Source: Spirochaetales bacterium
Lineage (GTDB): Bacteria > Spirochaetota > Spirochaetia > Treponematales > UBA12059
Length of the DNA stretch: 52,065 nt
Assembly (NCBI GenBank): GCA_016928955.1
Contig: JAFGJV010000036.1
Coordinates: forward strand, 1-52,065
Direction: 5' to 3'
The notes under the pieces were generated by a model that was given only the letters and a program-made list of their open reading frames with translations, was not told the origin of the DNA and made no database searches. Each line of letters begins with the position of its first letter. The first letter of the stretch is position 1. Shown one piece after another: positions 47,802-52,065 of this stretch. Both the position numbers and the translations under genes were made by a program.

Positions 47802-47841
47802 GGGCGGGATGATAGCACAAAAGGGGGCTGAAGGAAAAGAG

Positions 47842-47882
47842 CGGCGGCGGCCCTTCCCCGGTATGGGGAAGGGCCGCCGCCG
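47842..47882 (-). terminator. Terminator of the TAXI-TRAP operon
   Basis: 18-bp stem CGGCGGCGGCCCTTCCCC / GGGGAAGGGCCGCCGCCG followed by CTCTTTT on the minus strand. Confidence 0.75.
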
Positions 47883-47908
47883 AGGTGGCCGAAGGGAAGG
47901 AACTCAGG

Positions 47909-50080
47909 TCAGGCGGCCGCTTTGTCGGCCCGCTTCCTAATGATTTGGACGACGACAGCCGCCGCTATGATGCCGATGCCCACCAGGTCGGTGAAGGCGC
48001 CCGGATCGATCATGAGGATGCCGCCCAGCACGAACATGATGCGTTCCCACCAGTCAAGTTTCCTCATGAAATAGCCCATGACGCCAGCAGACACGCCGAT
48101 GATGCCGGTCAGGGACGTTATGATCATCCACACGGCGGGCAGGAATTCGACGTCGAACATGAGCATGGCGGGATTCATGACGAAGATGTACGGCACCAGG
48201 AAGGCGGCTATGGCCAGCTTGGACGCCTGGAAGCCGGTCTTCATGGGATTGGCCTTGGCTATGCCCGCGCCGGCAAAGGCCGCCAGGGCCACCGGCGGCG
48301 TTACGTCGGCTATGATGCCGAAGTAGAAGGCGAACATGTGGGCGGGCAGGATAATGGCCGCAGCGTCCGGGGCAAGCTCCGGCCTGATCTGGCGGAGTAT
48401 CATGACGATGGCCGGAGCAGCGATTGACGAGGTGATGATGTAGTTGGCCGTGGTCGGTATGCCCATGCCCAAGATGATGCTGGTCACCATGGTAAAGGCC
48501 AGGGTTAGGAGTAGGTTGCCGTTGGCGAGATCCACCAGGACCTTGCCCAGCTTGAGCCCCAGCCCGGTCTTGGTCACCACGCCTATGATGATGCCCGCGC
48601 ACGCCGTGGCCGCGAGCACGCCTATCGCCCCGCGCGCGCCCGATTCCAGGCCTTTGACCAGTTCCTTGGGGGCTATCTTGAGGGGTTTGTTGCGCAGGAC
48701 CATGGCGAACAGCACCGCCCCAAGAACCACAAGGGCGCCCAGGGGCGTCATTTCCGTGAAGTACTTGAGTACGCCGTCCGCGCCGTAGGGACCCACGTTG
48801 AAGATGGGCCGGGCCGCCGCGAAGAACAGCACCATGGCGCCTATGGGCAGGGGAGCCCACCAGCCCATGATGGCCGAGGCTATGGACAGGATGATGGCGT
48901 AGAAGGCGGCCAGCATGGGCGTATACCCTGATACCAGGAGCCACACGATGCCGACCAGGGGGATCATGAGGTAGCCGCGCTTGAAGAAGATTTCCTTCAA
49001 GTTGGGCAGCTCGTCCTTGCGAAGGCCGCGCAGTCCGGTTTTTTTGGCTTCAAAGTGAACGCCGGCCCACACGCCAAAGTAGTAGAGCAGGGCCGGCATG
49101 ACAGCGGCGCCTATGATGCGCACGTAGGGTATGCTGGTCATCTCGGACATCAGGAAGGCCGCCGCGCCCATGATGGGCGGCATCAGCTGGCCGCCGGTGC
49201 TGGCCGTGGCCTCAACCGCGCCGGCGAATTCCGGCCTGTAGCCCAGGCGCTTCATCATGGGTATGGTAAAGCTGCCCGTGCCGACCACGTTGGCCACCGA
49301 CGATCCGGACACCGTACCCATGAGGCCGCTGGACAGGACAGCGACCTTGGCCGGGCCTCCCGCGGCCCGCCCTGCCACCGAATTGGCCAGGTCTATGAAG
49401 TACTGGCCCAGGCCGGTTTTCTCAAGGTACGCGCCGAACAGGATGAACAGGAAGATGAAGGTGCTGGACACGCCCAGGGGTATGCCGAACACGCCCTCCG
49501 TGGTGAAGAACAGGTGCTGGACCAGGTCGTCCACGTCCACGCCCTTATGGGCCAGGGGACCCGGTATATAGGGGCCTGCGAAGGCGTAGACTATGAACAG
49601 CGACGCTATGATGACGATGGGCAGGCCCACGATGCGGCGGGCCGCTTCAAGAACCAGCAGCACGCCCAGGACGCCCACGACCATGTCCAAGGCCGTGGCC
49701 GTGCCGGCCCTGAGCACCAATTCCTGGTAGTTGGCGATGATGTACATGGGCGTGAGCGCGCCCAGCACCGCAAGACCCAGGTCCAGCGGGTGGAGCTTGT
49801 CGCGGGCCCACTTCCTGCTTGTTGGATACAGTAGGTAGATCAGCGTCAGGCCAAAAGCCAGGTGGACGGAACGCTGGAGCATGGCGTCCAGCACGCCGAA
49901 GACCGCCGTGTACACCTGGAAACACGAGAAGACAATGGCTATGGCTGTCACGGCCTTGGCCATGAATCCTGTATACACCCGGTAGTCGGCTTCTTTGTCG
50001 TACTTTCTGAGGATGTCGTCGGCGCTGCCCGTGTCCGGCAGGGCCTCGGGCGCGGCGGGGCCTTCCTTGCGTGCGCTCAT
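47909..50080 (-). CDS. TRAP transporter fused (4TM/12TM) permease, TAXI type
   Basis: GGPAKVAV, SGSSVANV..TG.FTIP.MK, ASTGGQ.MPP.MGAAAF, GMG.PTTA.Y, ADVTPPVALAA. Confidence 0.95.
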   Translation of the reverse strand: MSARKEGPAAPEALPDTGSADDILRKYDKEADYRVYTGFMAKAVTAIAIVFSCFQVYTAVFGVLDAMLQRSVHLAFGLTLIYLLYPTSRKWARDKLHPLDLGLAVLGALTPMYIIANYQELVLRAGTATALDMVVGVLGVLLVLEAARRIVGLPIVIIASLFIVYAFAGPYIPGPLAHKGVDVDDLVQHLFFTTEGVFGIPLGVSSTFIFLFILFGAYLEKTGLGQYFIDLANSVAGRAAGGPAKVAVLSSGLMGTVSGSSVANVVGTGSFTIPMMKRLGYRPEFAGAVEATASTGGQLMPPIMGAAAFLMSEMTSIPYVRIIGAAVMPALLYYFGVWAGVHFEAKKTGLRGLRKDELPNLKEIFFKRGYLMIPLVGIVWLLVSGYTPMLAAFYAIILSIASAIMGWWAPLPIGAMVLFFAAARPIFNVGPYGADGVLKYFTEMTPLGALVVLGAVLFAMVLRNKPLKIAPKELVKGLESGARGAIGVLAATACAGIIIGVVTKTGLGLKLGKVLVDLANGNLLLTLAFTMVTSIILGMGIPTTANYIITSSIAAPAIVMILRQIRPELAPDAAAIILPAHMFAFYFGIIADVTPPVALAAFAGAGIAKANPMKTGFQASKLAIAAFLVPYIFVMNPAMLMFDVEFLPAVWMIITSLTGIIGVSAGVMGYFMRKLDWWERIMFVLGGILMIDPGAFTDLVGIGIIAAAVVVQIIRKRADKAAA

Positions 50081-50153
50081 CGTGTACCTCTTCCTTTGCT
50101 GAGTGTCGGAAAACCCCGGGGCTTTCCAACAGGGAGCACCAAAACTTGTTGGT

Positions 50154-50609
50154 TCAGGGACTCCCTACAGTCTGGTTCATTTTATCGTGTGCCGCCAATG
50201 TCGCGGCCGAGAAACTCAAAAGCCCACCAACGGGGGCCCAGCGCGTCAGGAGCCAGGTTCCGTAGCCGGTGCTCAGCCTGTGTCCGGGCACCGGGGATAC
50301 GGCAGCCTGCACGACCCTGAAGCGACGCCCGGGTCTCGTTACAAAGCGCCCGTTCTCCACGGCAAAGCCGTCGTCGTCGCCGGACGGCATGCCCGTCCCG
50401 AATTGGTCAAAGCGAAGCTCGCGGAGGGTCAGGAGGCCGTCCGCGTCCACCGTGAAGTATTCGTCCACGGGGCTCAAATTTATGGAATGGATGTAGCCCA
50501 GCCAGAAGCCGCCCTCAACGCGGAGGGTGGCCAGGGGGCGGCCATCGGCGCCGCCCAACCTCAGCCAGGGACCGGGCAGGCGGTAGAGCAGGGCCGCCGC
50601 CAGGGCCAA
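50154..50609 (-). CDS. DUF1850 family protein (TAXI-TRAP associated)
   Basis: F.L.YIHS....PV.E, FG.GMP motif; true start may lie further upstream because the frame stays open with a TM-like stretch. Confidence 0.75.
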   Translation of the reverse strand: MALAAALLYRLPGPWLRLGGADGRPLATLRVEGGFWLGYIHSINLSPVDEYFTVDADGLLTLRELRFDQFGTGMPSGDDDGFAVENGRFVTRPGRRFRVVQAAVSPVPGHRLSTGYGTWLLTRWAPVGGLLSFSAATLAAHDKMNQTVGSP

Positions 50610-50691
50610 ACCCAGGCGGACGGCCGTCCACGCCGCTCCGGCTAGCAGGCGCGCACCCCGTCTGGGAGGCGCGCCCGTGTCAGGAACCTTG

Positions 50692-51636
50692 TTATTTAGC
50701 CGAGCCGTAGTATTTTTCGGCGCCCGGGTGAAGGGTCAGGGACATGCCGTCAGTGGCGGTGTCCAAGGTGACCATGGCGCCCATTTTGTGGGCGGCGGTC
50801 AGGCGGTCGTTGTTGCCGTAAAGGCTCTCGAGCATCTTCTCAATGGTGGCCGCGTCCAGCTTGCTGGATACGGCAAGCATGGCCTTGACGGACACGGTGG
50901 CCACGTCGCTGTCCATGCCCGGATAGATCCCGGCCGGGATGACGGTGGTGGTGTAGAAGGGGTAGTTGCTCATGAGCCGGGCGGCCAGGTCGCTGGTCAC
51001 GGGCACAACGCGGATCTTCTTGGACGCGGCTATGTCCTGGACGGCGGCGGTGGGGTAGCCGGCGGTCAGGAAGGCGGCGTCTATGTTGCCGTCTTTCAGG
51101 TTGCTGGCCGCCTCGTTGAAGGACAGGTACTGCGGGTTGATGTCTGCGTAGGTGATGCTGGCGGCTTCCATGATCTGGCGGGCGTTGGCCTCCACGCCGG
51201 AACCGGCGGCGCCTACGGCAACTTTTTTGCCGCGCAGGTCTGACACGCTCATGATGCCGGAATCGGCCAGTACGATCAGCTGGCAGGTTTCCGGATACAG
51301 GGTGGCCATGCCGCGGAGGTCGGCCATCTGGTTGTCCTTGAACATTTCCACGCCGTTGACAGCGTAGTAGGCTATGTCGTTCTGCACAAAGATGATGTCG
51401 GCATTGCCTTCCCTGAGCAGGTTGACGTTGGCCACGGACGCGCCAGTGGTCTGGGCGGCTGCGTTCATACCCTTGATGTTGTCGTTCCAGATGTTGGCCA
51501 TCGCTCCGGCCAGCGGGTAGTAGGTGCCGCCGGTACCGCCCGAGGCGATGTTGACAAAGGTCTGCTTGGGCGCGCCGCACGAGACGGCTAGAATGAGGGC
51601 GACGAAGGCGACCCCGATGAGGGCGAGCTTCTTCAT
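50692..51636 (-). CDS. TAXI family TRAP solute-binding lipoprotein
   Basis: AVSC lipobox; ASGGTGGTYYP, TGASVAN, LYPE, GAAGSG, LHPGA.KYY. Confidence 0.95.
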   Translation of the reverse strand: MKKLALIGVAFVALILAVSCGAPKQTFVNIASGGTGGTYYPLAGAMANIWNDNIKGMNAAAQTTGASVANVNLLREGNADIIFVQNDIAYYAVNGVEMFKDNQMADLRGMATLYPETCQLIVLADSGIMSVSDLRGKKVAVGAAGSGVEANARQIMEAASITYADINPQYLSFNEAASNLKDGNIDAAFLTAGYPTAAVQDIAASKKIRVVPVTSDLAARLMSNYPFYTTTVIPAGIYPGMDSDVATVSVKAMLAVSSKLDAATIEKMLESLYGNNDRLTAAHKMGAMVTLDTATDGMSLTLHPGAEKYYGSAK

Positions 51637-51914
51637 GGTGAATCCTCCTTGAGGATGGGCAAAATGGGCGCAACGGCCCAGGATATGACACCTATCAGTC
51701 TAGCCACCAGTCGGCGAATCCCGCAAGTAAAAAACGACGCGGTTCAAGCAGAAGCCTTATTCAGTAAGCAATTATTACTAACAGCTTGAAGCCTTTCAAA
51801 GGTCGGACGAATTTTGAAAGAGCTTCAAATTGAAACGCGATGTGCGTAGCGGTTACGAAATATGTAAACAACCATGAGCAATCGCAAGGCCCAGTTCAGA
51901 AGTAACAGACTTTT

Positions 51915-51977
51915 GGGAACCTCCAAAACCCCCTTGGTTATTGGAGGTTCCCTGCGTTTTCGGCCGAAAACGCAGGG
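51915..51977. repeat. Complete two-hairpin REP-like element, copy C
   Basis: GGGAACCTCCAAAACC..GGTTATTGGAGGTTCCC followed by CCCTGCGTTTTCG-GC-CGAAAACGCAGGG. Confidence 0.8.
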
Positions 51978-52065
51978 TTTCCATAGTGCCGCGAACCTTG
52001 TTGAAAATCGCGCAGAAGCAAGCGCGGCGCGTCCGCTTGGCGTAGCAGGGGCATCTCCGCTACTC

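Noticed and set aside
1..52065. CRISPR array, rRNA, tRNA, prophage or integrase
   Set aside because: No regularly spaced repeat-spacer array, cloverleaf, rRNA-like tract or recombinase ORF recognised; the palindromic repeats are dispersed, not arrayed

Overview
GC-rich bacterial chromosome segment, most likely from a spirochaete (Spirochaetota). The lineage is inferred from a SpiroCoCo-type coiled-coil protein, a DUF3996-like outer-membrane protein, a tandem cNMP-binding pair, long RecJ/Upp variants and Treponema-like intergenic palindromes. About 48 CDS are present, mostly housekeeping: tldD/tldE-aminotransferase, hslO, tatD-tcdA, a MoxR-DUF58-Bat (vWA/TPR) operon, smr, infA, dksA, HisJ-type PHP, prs, recO-thpR, pdp-recJ, pduL-upp, proC, MFS-HEAT, MATE, rluA and a TAXI-TRAP transporter. 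A lower-GC accessory patch lies at about 35.1-37.7 kb. No rRNA, tRNA, CRISPR array, transposase or integrase was recognised. Most notable observations: (1) a soluble protein that appears to fuse the FliG C-terminal torque domain to a membrane-less MotA cytoplasmic domain, coupled to an ECF sigma factor; (2) a dispersed two-hairpin palindromic repeat family (5 copies) with compensatory base changes; (3) a low-GC metallopeptidase-like gene flanked by integron-cassette-like core sites; (4) a probably inactivated DnaQ-like domain inserted in RecJ; (5) several apparently leaderless genes and phased operator-like repeats. All family assignments are by-eye motif recognition; no database searches were run.
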